The notes: generated from the letters alone by a model not told the origin. Positions 35,879-45,032 are shown, numbered from the stretch's first letter. The stretch is DNA of 64,000 nucleotides from Patescibacteria group bacterium (GCA_041671125.1 JBAZCA010000001.1:200120-264119), one strand, 5' to 3'. Translations and numbers: made by a program.

Positions 35879-37011
35879 AGCAAGAAGTTCCAAACCTCGT
35901 AAATAATTCCGGCCATAAACAGGGAAAAAATCATCCCTAGAAAAAGCCGGCCAGGTTTATGTCTAAAAAAAGACAATTTCTTTTTTTCCTTTTCCATTTT
36001 CCGAAAAATCAGGATTAGGATAATTCCAGTAAATCCGCCGGAAATCGCTCCGACAAAACTGATGACGCCGATAAAGTTATTAAAACCGGCGAGGTAAAAC
36101 GCGTAAGGGATAAAAAAAGCCAACGCCCAGGATATTTTTTTACCCATTCCGTAATCCCGGCAAAAAGTGTCTTTGATATTTTCGGCGACAGCGAAAAATG
36201 AGGTGGCGATAACCAGGAGTCCGAGGATCAGCGAAATAAGGACGATTTTTCCGTCCATGACGTTCCAGAGCCCTTTTAAAGCGTCCGGAGTGGTTTCTCC
36301 CCCGGTTACCGCGGCGGTGATCAGGCTAAAAATTATAATCAAAGCGATAGAAAAAAAAGTGCCGAGACTGATTGCGGTTTTTAAGCTTTTCCTTTTTTTA
36401 TTTAAAATTTCCGCCGCTAGCGGGATAACTCCGCCGCCGTCAAAAGCGAATAAAATCGCGCCAAAAGGCAGTAGCGCGTATTTCCAGTTAACGAGGGTCA
36501 GGTTAGCCGGATCAGCAAACTCAAGGCTCCTTTTAATTACTAGCGCCATGATAATAACCAGCGCCGCGGTAAGGTAAAACTCAAAGCGGGCTATCGTCTT
36601 TATCCCGAAAAAAACAACCGCGGCCGCGATAAAAAATAATATTGAAGCGTAAAAAACTTCGCTCCCTCCCCAGGCCGGAGAAAAAAGCTGGTGGGCGAAA
36701 ACCCCGCCGACGATAATATAGGCGAGCATAGCGCCGTAATTACCGATCATGGTAACGGCGAGGGTAAGGTGCTTCCCGGCCGGGCCGAAATAATTGTTGG
36801 CGTGCCCGGGAAGCCGGTGATAGCCCGGATTGTCGCAAATGACCGCCGCGTAAAGGAGATGGATAAAATACTGGGCCGTCCCGATTACAGCGACTAAAAC
36901 GAGACAAGGCCAGATCCCGGCTTTAATAAAAAGATACGGCAGGCCGAACATGCCCACTCCGATTATATAACCAACCATCGCCGCGAGAGCCTGAAAAAAA
37001 TTTTTAGACAT
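35875..37011 (-). CDS. Amino-acid-transporter-like polytopic membrane protein
   Basis: About 11 hydrophobic helices. The N-terminal ..GYIIGVGMFGLPYLF.. resembles the Aa_trans / Trp-Tyr permease families. Confidence 0.5.
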   Translation of the reverse strand: MSKNFFQALAAMVGYIIGVGMFGLPYLFIKAGIWPCLVLVAVIGTAQYFIHLLYAAVICDNPGYHRLPGHANNYFGPAGKHLTLAVTMIGNYGAMLAYIIVGGVFAHQLFSPAWGGSEVFYASILFFIAAAVVFFGIKTIARFEFYLTAALVIIMALVIKRSLEFADPANLTLVNWKYALLPFGAILFAFDGGGVIPLAAEILNKKRKSLKTAISLGTFFSIALIIIFSLITAAVTGGETTPDALKGLWNVMDGKIVLISLILGLLVIATSFFAVAENIKDTFCRDYGMGKKISWALAFFIPYAFYLAGFNNFIGVISFVGAISGGFTGIILILIFRKMEKEKKKLSFFRHKPGRLFLGMIFSLFMAGIIYEVWNFLL

Positions 37012-37012
37012 A

Positions 37013-38842
37013 CTATTGTTTTAACTCAATTATGCCGTTCGCGCTAATCTGTTCCTTAACTTTTTCGTCCAGGCTTGACCAGTCAATAAACTTAACGAAA
37101 AATTCATCCTTGGCTGAACCGGACATAAGCCCTGGACGGCTTCCGGACGATTTAAGAGGAATAAGAAAAATCCGGATTTTATTTTTGTTATAAGCGATTC
37201 CGGCGGCCAGCCCTTCCTGCGTATCCGGCGAAAAATATTGGTCAAAAACGAAATTGCCGAGCGAATAAAAAATCGGCTTATTTTTGTAAATCTCCATTCC
37301 CTGAACAACATGCGGATGATGGCCGATAATCATATCGGCTCCGGCGTCAACGAGCGTCCGGCCGGTTTCTTTCTGCACGGCTCCGGCCGCGTGCTCATAC
37401 TCGGTTCCCCAGTGGATATTAACTACGGCCAGGTCGGATTGTTTCTTGAGCTCACTGACGATTTTTTCGGCTTCAGCCAAATCAAATTTCTTATAGACCA
37501 TGCTGAAACCGGCCATCCCGATTTTTAATCCGTTCTTTTCCACTATTGTCGCGCTGCACTCTCCGGCTTCGGCGTCCTGGCATCCTGAAAAACTAAAACC
37601 CATGGTTTGCAAATTCTTTCCCGTCTCTATTATACCACGCTGACCCTGATCGGAAAAATGATTATTGGCCAGGTTAAAAAAGTTAAAATTGTATTTTTTT
37701 AGCCCGCCTATAAGCTCCGGGCTGAAAGCGAAATCATAAGCGTTGGCCGGAGAATAATGCGCGCCTTTGTCCGTTACCGCGCCCTCCAGGTTGGCTGAAA
37801 TTATATCCATTCCCTGAAAAAACCTTTGTTCTTCGCCGGCCAGCTCGGAAAAAAGGCTTTCCAAGCCGTCCTTTTTAATTTTCTCCCCGACATGCCGATC
37901 CAGCATGAGGTCGCCGAAAAAAAGAAAAGTCGCCCCTGGGTCAGGCTCTTTTTTTCCGCGGTAAAAATAGTAAAACAAATGGCTGGTTGAAGGCGCGTCA
38001 ATATTGCCCGCCAGCTCGCCGGAATTAGTATGAAAAACCAGTTCAGCTTTTTCCGCCTCTCTTAACTGAGCGAATTTTAAGATCGTATAAACCGAAGCCG
38101 GCGAATCAATTTCCAGGCGATAGATTTCGTTCATGGTAAAATTTTCAATTACCTTCCGGCTTTTTTCATCATGCAATTCGGCCGTTGCGAAAGACTGATA
38201 ATGAGAAAAGTCCGCGCTGGCTAAAACAAGCGTATTTCCTCTTTCAGTATACTGGAAAATTTTTTCCGCCAGAATTTCTGACTCTCCGGCCGTAACATTC
38301 GGCTTCAGTATTACGGGAATAATTTTCGCCTGAGGAAAATGTTCCCTGATTATCGGGGTTAAAGCCGTTACCGACGGTTCGTTCGCGATTACCTCATCAT
38401 CCTCTCCCGCCAAACCGGTTTTTAAAACTTCCTTTACCAGTCCCAATCCTTCATCATCTTCCCTGTCCGTTGTTTTAGGAAACGCGATTTTATATTTTCC
38501 CCGGCTGAAATGGTTGGGGCAGATTAAAATTATCTCATCATAATCCTTGCCAGCCAGCCGCGAAAGATAAGATTCTATTTCTTCCCGGACGATTAAGTGA
38601 TGAGGCAGTATGCCGCCCAGCGCTTTATTCCCGTTATCCGAAAAATTCTTATCTTCTGAAGACCGCGAGCGATTCATTTCTCCGCCGAAAAAAACGCCGC
38701 TCAAAAAGTTTTTATCCGGACTTTTGGAAATTTCAAAAAATAGATAAACTAATAATCCTGCCTGTAAAAAAGCAAGCAGGATTAAAGTTAGAATAAGAAT
38801 TTTGGTTTTAGGCATACTACTTAATGAATCGCTCCGCCCCAT
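37013..38842 (-). CDS. Fusion protein: Memo/AmmeMemoRadiSam-B-like N-domain plus CapA (PGA_cap) metallophosphatase C-domain
   Basis: N-domain: ..GGILPHHLIV.., ..ILICPNHF.. and ..SADFSHYQ.. C-domain: ..LFFGDLMLDRH.., ..NLANNHFSDQG.., ..VNIHWGTEY.., ..IIGHHPHVVQG.. and ..YSLGNFVFDQ.. The start may instead be the ATG at 38815, which begins the signal anchor MPKTKILILTL... Confidence 0.7.
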   Translation of the reverse strand: MGRSDSLSSMPKTKILILTLILLAFLQAGLLVYLFFEISKSPDKNFLSGVFFGGEMNRSRSSEDKNFSDNGNKALGGILPHHLIVREEIESYLSRLAGKDYDEIILICPNHFSRGKYKIAFPKTTDREDDEGLGLVKEVLKTGLAGEDDEVIANEPSVTALTPIIREHFPQAKIIPVILKPNVTAGESEILAEKIFQYTERGNTLVLASADFSHYQSFATAELHDEKSRKVIENFTMNEIYRLEIDSPASVYTILKFAQLREAEKAELVFHTNSGELAGNIDAPSTSHLFYYFYRGKKEPDPGATFLFFGDLMLDRHVGEKIKKDGLESLFSELAGEEQRFFQGMDIISANLEGAVTDKGAHYSPANAYDFAFSPELIGGLKKYNFNFFNLANNHFSDQGQRGIIETGKNLQTMGFSFSGCQDAEAGECSATIVEKNGLKIGMAGFSMVYKKFDLAEAEKIVSELKKQSDLAVVNIHWGTEYEHAAGAVQKETGRTLVDAGADMIIGHHPHVVQGMEIYKNKPIFYSLGNFVFDQYFSPDTQEGLAAGIAYNKNKIRIFLIPLKSSGSRPGLMSGSAKDEFFVKFIDWSSLDEKVKEQISANGIIELKQ

Positions 38843-40581
38843 TCAACAACCGTAAAGCCGATTCTTTCTTTGCCCGCGAGCCTTTGCTCAGGCGCGCTTA
38901 TTTTTTCGTCCAATCCTTCAAAATCCATAAATACCCGGATAACCGTATCCGGTCTTGGACTTACTTCAAGCGGCGCCAGCCGGTCAAATTCCTTTTGCGG
39001 AACAAAAGTTATGAAATAATAATTTTTGTCCCTCATTCTCGGTTCCCAAAAATCAATGAATTCATCCGCTTCTTTTTTTATCAATCCCTGCCGGTACAAT
39101 GCTTTCCCGAGAAAACTTTTTACATCCTCTCTCGCAACGACAAAACCCTCTCTCGGGCGGCGGTAATTCAAGCCGTATCCCTCCCAAAAAAGATAATTGT
39201 AATTTTTCCCGTCGCCGTAGTTATAAATTTGTCCTTCAGGAGAAGCGCTTACCAGCCATCCGTTATTATAGGCCGGCTCGGTAAGCTTAAATCCGCCGGC
39301 GGGATGGACTTTAACCGAAACGTCCGACTGCCTTTCCGGATAAAGATAAATAACCGGCTTGCCGCACTCCACGGCCGGAAGAAACTGAATATTTAAAAAC
39401 AGCAGGTAGTTGCCGAATGGATCCTTCCAGAAAATAACCGGTTTTCCTGACGAAAAAAGCGTATAGCTTATTTTGTCGTTGATTATTTTAGCATTCTCAT
39501 TAAAACTCGGGTAATAATTATCATAAATTGGTTTCAGGATTGTCCCGGCTTCTTTTGAATTAACGTCTTTAAACCCGTATATTTTATCTCCATTTCCGGT
39601 CGCGCCGATAACATCCAAATCAGAATCTTCTCCCTCGTATTTATCATAACAATACGCTCCGCAACCGCCGATTTTTTTTGTTTCGTACTCAAACTCGCTC
39701 CTTTTTCCGCCGGACCAAATAATATCCAGCCGACTGCCAACTTCGCCGACCCCTTTTTCTTCTACAAACGGCAATTCATAATCATACGCCCTTAAAGTCC
39801 CGTCATTATTCCTCGCCCAAAAACAGTAATTCTTGTCAACATATATTTTTTTATCTCCGCTGTAGGAAAAAACCGCTGTTAAGTCGTTCATTTCCTGGTA
39901 AAAGCGGCCGCCCCAGGAATCATCCGCCGCTTTTAGGCTGATATCCGAACCGGGAATCTTAATTTTAGCCGGCGGATTAAGGTTGGAAATCTCTATCTTG
40001 TCATTTAAAATAAAAAAATTATCCGAAAAATTAGTATCAGATAAAAGAACCAGTCTATCGCCGTCTTTAATAAATCGCTCAAAGCTTTCGCCCATCTCCG
40101 AAACTATTAGCAGATAAAGACCTTTGTCCTTGTAAGGTCCTTTGGCTATTGTTCCGGTTTTGTAGATGCTATAAAGATTATATTCCTCTTCTTGCCCCGT
40201 AAAGTTTTCCAGTTTTTCCCCGTTTAGCGCTTTTCGCGTATTTTCCGTAAGCTCCTCTCCTTTCCAGATTTCCTGCGGCCATTCATACCAATCCACCAGT
40301 ATGTCGCCATCCGCATCATCCGTTATTAAGGGCTGATTCGGATTATTTTGGCTATTTTCCTGGTTAAATTCATCACCGGCCGGATTTTGGTCTTCGTTTT
40401 TCGCAATATCCGCCGAATCGCCGGATTCTTTATTATCAGCAAAGTTATCTTTTACGCTAACATCTTTCTTTCCGGCTTTCTGCTGATAGATATAATAAGC
40501 CGTAGCGCCGTTTGAAATGAGGAGCAAAATTACTACCAACGGCAATAAGACTTTCTTAAAATTTATTGTTTTCCAGTCCAT
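38821..40581 (-). CDS. Hypothetical membrane-anchored / secreted protein
   Basis: 586-aa ORF with an N-terminal TM helix and an acidic low-complexity linker. No family was recognised. Confidence 0.5.
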   Translation of the reverse strand: MDWKTINFKKVLLPLVVILLLISNGATAYYIYQQKAGKKDVSVKDNFADNKESGDSADIAKNEDQNPAGDEFNQENSQNNPNQPLITDDADGDILVDWYEWPQEIWKGEELTENTRKALNGEKLENFTGQEEEYNLYSIYKTGTIAKGPYKDKGLYLLIVSEMGESFERFIKDGDRLVLLSDTNFSDNFFILNDKIEISNLNPPAKIKIPGSDISLKAADDSWGGRFYQEMNDLTAVFSYSGDKKIYVDKNYCFWARNNDGTLRAYDYELPFVEEKGVGEVGSRLDIIWSGGKRSEFEYETKKIGGCGAYCYDKYEGEDSDLDVIGATGNGDKIYGFKDVNSKEAGTILKPIYDNYYPSFNENAKIINDKISYTLFSSGKPVIFWKDPFGNYLLFLNIQFLPAVECGKPVIYLYPERQSDVSVKVHPAGGFKLTEPAYNNGWLVSASPEGQIYNYGDGKNYNYLFWEGYGLNYRRPREGFVVAREDVKSFLGKALYRQGLIKKEADEFIDFWEPRMRDKNYYFITFVPQKEFDRLAPLEVSPRPDTVIRVFMDFEGLDEKISAPEQRLAGKERIGFTVVEWGGAIH

Positions 40582-40592
40582 AAATTTTGAGT

Positions 40593-41165
40593 TTAATTTC
40601 TTCTGATTTTTATCTCGTAAGCGATTTGTTCAATCTTTCTTAAATTGGTTTTTGCCTGGTCGTATTTAGTCCTTAAGTAGCCGGTCATATCAAACTCAAC
40701 CAGCTCGGCCATGACAGCGTTAATCATCCCTTTAACCCGCTCGGCTTCGGAAATTTTTCCCCGCGCCGCTTCGTTAGTCGCGAGGCGTACGAGCTCGCCG
40801 GTAAGGTCGCAGATGCCGCCGATGTAGCTTTCAATCCCGACTTTCAGTTTAGGAATTTTGTCTATCTTTTCGCCGGACAAAAGTTTAAAATACATTTTCG
40901 CCTCAACATATTCTTCCATGGCCGCCTTAAAAGAGCCTTCCTCGTAAAGCCGGGCGCTGGAAAATTTTTTATCAAGGTAGATGAGTTTTTCTTCAATTTC
41001 CTTTAATGATTCCCCGGCTTTTTTCCGGTCTTCCCGGTGCAGGGAAAAAATCACCCGCTTTGAATCATGAAGAATCTGGTTAGCGAGGCTTATGATCTGC
41101 CTTCTCTCGGCTTCGTGCCGGTCATAATCTTTTTTTAACTGGGCGAAAAACTTTTTGTTCAGCAT
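40593..41165 (-). CDS. Translin family protein
   Basis: The C-terminal pattern ..IESYIGGICDLTGELVRLATNEAARG....LRTKYDQAKTNLRKIEQIAYEIKIR aligns by eye with the translin ..DYLSGVL.LASELSRL....LRKRYDGLKYDVKKVEEVVYDLSIRG. Confidence 0.65.
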   Translation of the reverse strand: MLNKKFFAQLKKDYDRHEAERRQIISLANQILHDSKRVIFSLHREDRKKAGESLKEIEEKLIYLDKKFSSARLYEEGSFKAAMEEYVEAKMYFKLLSGEKIDKIPKLKVGIESYIGGICDLTGELVRLATNEAARGKISEAERVKGMINAVMAELVEFDMTGYLRTKYDQAKTNLRKIEQIAYEIKIRRN

Positions 41166-41212
41166 ATTTATTTTATGCGTAACGTAATGCGTTATGCGTT
41201 ATGCGAAATAAT

Positions 41213-42928
41213 TTACTCTGCGACCCTAAATACCTCTTCTACGCTCGTTATCCCTTTTAACGCTTTTATAAGGCCGTCCTGGGCCATGGTTAAATAGCCT
41301 TTTTGCCGGGCATATTCGCGCATGTCGTATTCGGAAATATTGCCGGACAGGATTATTTTTTCCAGTTCTTCGGACATGATTACGATCTCAAAAATTCCCG
41401 CCCGTCCTTTGTAGCCGATTCCCTGACATTTCTCACAGCCCTTGCCATGATAAAATTTCAGGCTGGCGCCGTCACGCGAAAGGTTAATTTCGCCGCGGTA
41501 TTCTTCTTTAATTTTTAATAACGTTTCCATAACCCGAGCCATTGTTTCCGGCTCCAGTTTAACTTCTTCTTTGCAGGTTTCGCAGATCCGCCGGATCAGC
41601 CGCTGGCCGATTATCGCGTTGATGGCCGGGGCGAGAAGAAAAGGCTTTACCCCGAGCGAAAGAAAGCGCGGGATAGCGCCGGCCGCGTCGTTGGTGTGGA
41701 TGGTTGAGAGGACCATGTGGCCGGTTAAGGCCGCCTGGATAGCAGTATCAGCGGTTTCCAGGTCGCGGATTTCGCCGACCATAATGATGTCCGGATCCTG
41801 GCGGACTATGGAGCGGAGGGCTTTGGCAAAGGTATAAAATTCCCCGGTCTGGGACTGGTTGACGCCTGAGAGTTGGTATTCAATCGGATCTTCAATAGTG
41901 ATGATTTTAACTTCCGGCTTGTTCAATTTTTTCATGGCCGCGTAAAGGGTTGTTGTTTTTCCCGAACCAGTCGGCCCGGTCGTAATAACCATGCCGTTCG
42001 GGCGTTCAATCTGTTTTTTCAGCCGCTCATAAGCATCACCTACGAGCCCTAAATCGGAAAAATCAAGGCCGACTTTTGAGGACTGCAGAAGCCGCATAAC
42101 CACACTCTCCCCGCCGTAGGACGTCGGAAGAAAAGACGCCCGGATATCCAGCCGGTCGCCTTTTAAAAAGATGGACATCCGCCCGTCCTGGGGCTTGTTG
42201 GCGATATTGATTTTCACGCCAGTCAAAAGTTTTAAGCGGGATATTACTTTTGCCCAGGCCTCTTCTTTTAAAATCGCCGCGTCGTGCAAAATCCCGTCCA
42301 CCCGGAAACGGACTTTAACGTCTTTTTCTTCCCTTTCAATATGGACGTCGGAAGCGCTTAGCTGGATGGCTGAAGCGATGATGATAGTAACGATTTCGGT
42401 TGTTCCGGAAACATTTATTTTTTCCTCAAGCTCCCTGAAATTTTTAAACTGATCCTGGTAGCGCAGAAGATCGTCCTCGGAAATGACCACCCCTTTGATA
42501 ATCTTATTAACCTTCGGCAGGTTCCGGTAACAGCCCAAAAGATAGTCAAAGCTGTGGCCGGACGCGAGATACAGCCGGACTTCGCTGAAATATTTTTTTT
42601 TGAGCTCCTCTTTTAAAGCCAGGACCTTATCGGTCGGCTCGGTCGTTGCCATTAAAATATTCTTTCCGTCGTAAAAAAAGCAGGCGGCTCTAAGCTCCGC
42701 GGCTCTCGGCTCCGGAACGAGCTTCAGGGCTTCCTGGCTCACCGGCGTGCCGATCAGGTTTATAAAGGGAAGCCCGAGCGCCTGGGCGTTTCCTTTTATC
42801 GCCCGTTCAGTATCCTTTATTTTCAGCTCTGCCTCTTTTTCCTTTAGTTTTGATCCGGCGCCGTCGTCGCTCTTAACCTTGCCTTCGTCAATCAGGTCTT
42901 CAATGGATGAAAATGAGTCTTTAGGCAT
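41213..42928 (-). CDS. pilB: Type IV pilus assembly / type II secretion ATPase (GspE/PilB family)
   Basis: Walker A ..GPTGSGKTTTLYA.., ..DPDIIMVGEIRD.., ..GHMVLSTIHTN.. and the C-terminal tetracysteine CETC...CEKC. Confidence 0.9.
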   Translation of the reverse strand: MPKDSFSSIEDLIDEGKVKSDDGAGSKLKEKEAELKIKDTERAIKGNAQALGLPFINLIGTPVSQEALKLVPEPRAAELRAACFFYDGKNILMATTEPTDKVLALKEELKKKYFSEVRLYLASGHSFDYLLGCYRNLPKVNKIIKGVVISEDDLLRYQDQFKNFRELEEKINVSGTTEIVTIIIASAIQLSASDVHIEREEKDVKVRFRVDGILHDAAILKEEAWAKVISRLKLLTGVKINIANKPQDGRMSIFLKGDRLDIRASFLPTSYGGESVVMRLLQSSKVGLDFSDLGLVGDAYERLKKQIERPNGMVITTGPTGSGKTTTLYAAMKKLNKPEVKIITIEDPIEYQLSGVNQSQTGEFYTFAKALRSIVRQDPDIIMVGEIRDLETADTAIQAALTGHMVLSTIHTNDAAGAIPRFLSLGVKPFLLAPAINAIIGQRLIRRICETCKEEVKLEPETMARVMETLLKIKEEYRGEINLSRDGASLKFYHGKGCEKCQGIGYKGRAGIFEIVIMSEELEKIILSGNISEYDMREYARQKGYLTMAQDGLIKALKGITSVEEVFRVAE

Positions 42929-42994
42929 ATAGGAAATGTTATTGAGATGGCAGTAAAACTAATTTTGCAACCATATCATTTTTTACCTTTTTCC

Positions 42995-43023
42995 ATTATA
43001 GCAGACGCCGGGAATAAAATGAA
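42995..43023 (-). promoter_or_regulatory. Candidate promoter of pilB
   Basis: The minus strand reads TTCATT, a 17-nt spacer, then TGcTATAAT (an extended -10), 67 nt upstream of the ATG. Confidence 0.45.
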
Positions 43024-43040
43024 TGGGCCAGGAACCCTAA

Positions 43041-43067
43041 AACGCGAAAAGCTCCGCAGTGCGGAGC
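43041..43067 (-). terminator. Rho-independent terminator after tRNA-Pro
   Basis: The minus strand reads GCTCCGCA-C-TGCGGAGC followed by TTTTCGCGTTTT. Confidence 0.65.
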
Positions 43068-43089
43068 CTGATCAATTTATCGCGATTTA

Positions 43090-43139
43090 GCAAATCGTCA
43101 ATCGCAAATCGTCAATCGCAAATCGCAAATCGTAAATCC
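43090..43139. repeat. Period-7 tract (CAAATCG / TCAATCG units) abutting the tRNA 3-prime end
   Basis: caaatcgtcaatcgcaaatcgtcaatcgcaaatcgcaaatcgtaaatcc. Confidence 0.85.
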
Positions 43140-43143
43140 TATG

Positions 43144-43214
43144 TCGGGCTGCTGGGAATCGAACCCAGTCTACACCCACCCGAAGGGCGCGTACTACCGG
43201 TATACTACAGCCCG
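43144..43214 (-). tRNA. tRNA-Pro (anticodon CGG)
   Basis: Hand-folded cloverleaf: acceptor CGGGCTG/CAGCCCG, D-arm GTAT-ACCGGTA-GTAC, anticodon arm CGCCC-TTCGGGT-GGGTG (U33, CGG, G37) and T-arm CTGGG-TTCGATT-CCCAG. The discriminator is A and no CCA is encoded. Confidence 0.9.
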
Positions 43215-43303
43215 CGTATTTATATTGCTCTATTTAATCATTATTCTTATCTTAAATCAAGGCGACAGACAGGATTTACGCGCTTGCGCGTAAATTTTCC
43301 CTC

Positions 43304-43451
43304 TTGTCATCCTGACCCCGAGTTCTCGGGGGAAGGATCTGCGAACGCGATAGTTAATCCAAAGGTTGCTCTATAGATAAAATCAGTCTATAAATTGACC
43401 GGCAATTTAGTTATTATGTCCGTAGATCCTTCGCTCTGCTCAGGATGACAA
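43304..43451. repeat. Pair of inverted GTCATCCTGA...GAAGGATCT-type hairpin elements flanking a 77-nt AT-rich core (candidate structured RNA or MITE-like element)
   Basis: TTGTCATCCTGA (43304-43315) pairs with TCAGGATGACAA (43440-43451). GAAGGATCTGCG (43332-43343) pairs with CGTAGATCCTTC (43421-43432, one G-U). An inner hairpin CCCCGAG-TT-CTCGGGG sits at 43316-43331. Confidence 0.7.
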
Positions 43452-43556
43452 AAAGTGAAGGGCACCTGAATGGAAAAATGAGTTTATCAATCAAGTGCGT
43501 AAATTGTACAAGAAAAAGGAAAAATAAGTCCATGATAAAATTTCGGTAATGATTGA

Positions 43557-43601
43557 GGCCATTGGGTTCACGCGAGTTTTATCTGCGCGATCCCAATGGC
43601 C
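43557..43601 (-). terminator. Long hairpin immediately after the sigma-factor stop codon
   Basis: GGCCATTGGG ... CCCAATGGCC gives a 10-bp outer stem, with an inner CGCG/CGCG pairing. There is no clear U-tract. Confidence 0.4.
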
Positions 43602-43608
43602 TCGGTTT

Positions 43609-44409
43609 CTATTTATAAGCACTCCATTTTCCGGAGTCGCCTATCTTTCCTCTCGGACAACAGCCTGGGAGGTCGTCTTTCTTGAGCTTCTTAGCCAGCC
43701 GGGTTCGCAGTTTTAAAACGGCCTTGGTATGGATCTGAGAGATCCGGGTCTCCGTATAGCCCAGGACCGTGCCAATTTCCTTCATGGTGAGCTCTTCGTA
43801 ATAGTAAAGCGCCAGGACCAGTTGCTCCTTCTCGGCGAGGGTGGAGATGGCTTCGGTCAGGTGACCTTTGATCTCCTGCCAGTAGACCTTTTCAAAGAGC
43901 TCGTCGGATTCGGTCCCGAGATGGTCTATATACTTGTTCTTGGTGATGACCTCGTGGACGTCCTCCGACAACAGGGAAATCCCCTTAATTTCGTCCAACA
44001 GCTTGTGATATTCGTCCATGCCGATACCGAGCTCTTGGACGATCTGCTCGTCCGACGGATGAGCTCCCAGCTTCTGTTCCAATGCCACGAATGCCTTTTC
44101 CAGCTCGTTGCTTTTTCGTCTCAATGAGCGGGGTATCCAGTCCATGGAACGGATCTCGTCCAGCATGGCGCCTCTTACCCGGATTCTGGCGTAGGTCTCA
44201 AACTGAGCACCCTGGGAGACATCAAACTTGTCTATGGCGTCGATGAGTCCTATGATTCCCGCATTGAAAAGGTCATCCACTTGAACGCTGTCCGGCAGGC
44301 GGGCAACCAGCCTCAGAGCAATGTATTTGACCAGGTCGCAATAACGGAGGATATGAAATCCTCTCGTTTCCGCGACTTCCTTGGGCCGCCGCCTTCTCAA
44401 TGTTTCCAT
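43609..44409 (-). CDS. RNA polymerase sigma factor, FliA/WhiG (sigma-28) family
   Basis: ..LVKYIALRLVARLPDSVQVDDLFNAGIIGLIDAIDKFD...FETYARIRVRGAMLDEIRSMDWIPRSLRRK.. closely follows the FliA region 2-3 pattern. The start was chosen at METLRRR.. (44409) because AAGGAGGG lies 5 nt upstream. The longer ORF to 44487 is unlikely. Confidence 0.85.
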   Translation of the reverse strand: METLRRRRPKEVAETRGFHILRYCDLVKYIALRLVARLPDSVQVDDLFNAGIIGLIDAIDKFDVSQGAQFETYARIRVRGAMLDEIRSMDWIPRSLRRKSNELEKAFVALEQKLGAHPSDEQIVQELGIGMDEYHKLLDEIKGISLLSEDVHEVITKNKYIDHLGTESDELFEKVYWQEIKGHLTEAISTLAEKEQLVLALYYYEELTMKEIGTVLGYTETRISQIHTKAVLKLRTRLAKKLKKDDLPGCCPRGKIGDSGKWSAYK

Positions 44410-44621
44410 TTCTTCCCTCCTTTGCTCCAATAGGAGCTGAAAAAGCCAAATCCAAACATCCCGCAAAATCGCGAAACAAACAAACAAATATTTTAATTAA
44501 AAAGATCGCAAAATATAAAAACATCTTAACCCAAAAGTTAAGACGGAATTACCAAGTTAAAATAACCCCGGTATTACAAAATCAATTATAAAACTTTTAA
44601 CTTTTCACTTTTAGCTTTTAA

Positions 44622-45032
44622 CTACTTCCCCCGATCCATGGCCTCATTGGCTAATCGGTCGGCTTCCTTGTTTTTTTCCCTCGGAATATGCGTAAACTTA
44701 ACCTTTTTAAAACCTAAAGTCAAGTTATGGACTTTTAAAAATAACGGCGCGATTCCTTCGTTTTTTACCTTATACTCGCGCTTTAATTGTTTAACAACCA
44801 GCTCCGAGTCAAGATAAAAATCAAGCTCTTCCGGGTTAAAAACCCGGGCTTTTTCTAAGGCCGCGATAACCGCTTTATACTCGGCCTGATTATTAGTGGC
44901 CACGCCCAGGAATTCAGACACAATAAAAACTTCAGCGCCATCGGGATCGTAAGCAATCGCGCCAATCCCCGCCGGCCCCGGATTGCCCCGCGCCCCTCCG
45001 TCGGTGTAGATAGTTATTTTCGCGAAACTCAT
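44622..45032 (-). CDS. rnhA: Ribonuclease HI
   Basis: ..IYTDGGARGNPGPAGIG.., ..NNQAEYKAVIAALE.., ..DSELVVKQL.. and ..NKEADRLAN.. supply the DEDD catalytic residues. Confidence 0.9.
   Translation of the reverse strand: MSFAKITIYTDGGARGNPGPAGIGAIAYDPDGAEVFIVSEFLGVATNNQAEYKAVIAALEKARVFNPEELDFYLDSELVVKQLKREYKVKNEGIAPLFLKVHNLTLGFKKVKFTHIPREKNKEADRLANEAMDRGK

Noticed and set aside
43059-43376. A 105-aa plus-strand ORF
   Set aside because: It overlaps the tRNA-Pro gene, the period-7 tract and the hairpin elements. Its peptide (..SIANRQSQIANRKS..) is translated repeat sequence.
43478-43530. Tiny plus-strand ORF encoding MSLSIKCVNCTRKRKNK (a CxxC peptide)
   Set aside because: It is only 17 codons long with no ribosome-binding site, and it lies on the strand opposite all neighbouring genes. 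It cannot be supported from sequence alone.
44273-44591. The N-terminal extension of the sigma-factor ORF (to 44487) and overlapping small ORFs
   Set aside because: The internal Met at 44409 has a strong AAGGAGGG ribosome-binding site, and FliA homology starts after it. The extension is hydrophobic sequence with no resemblance to a sigma-factor N-terminus.
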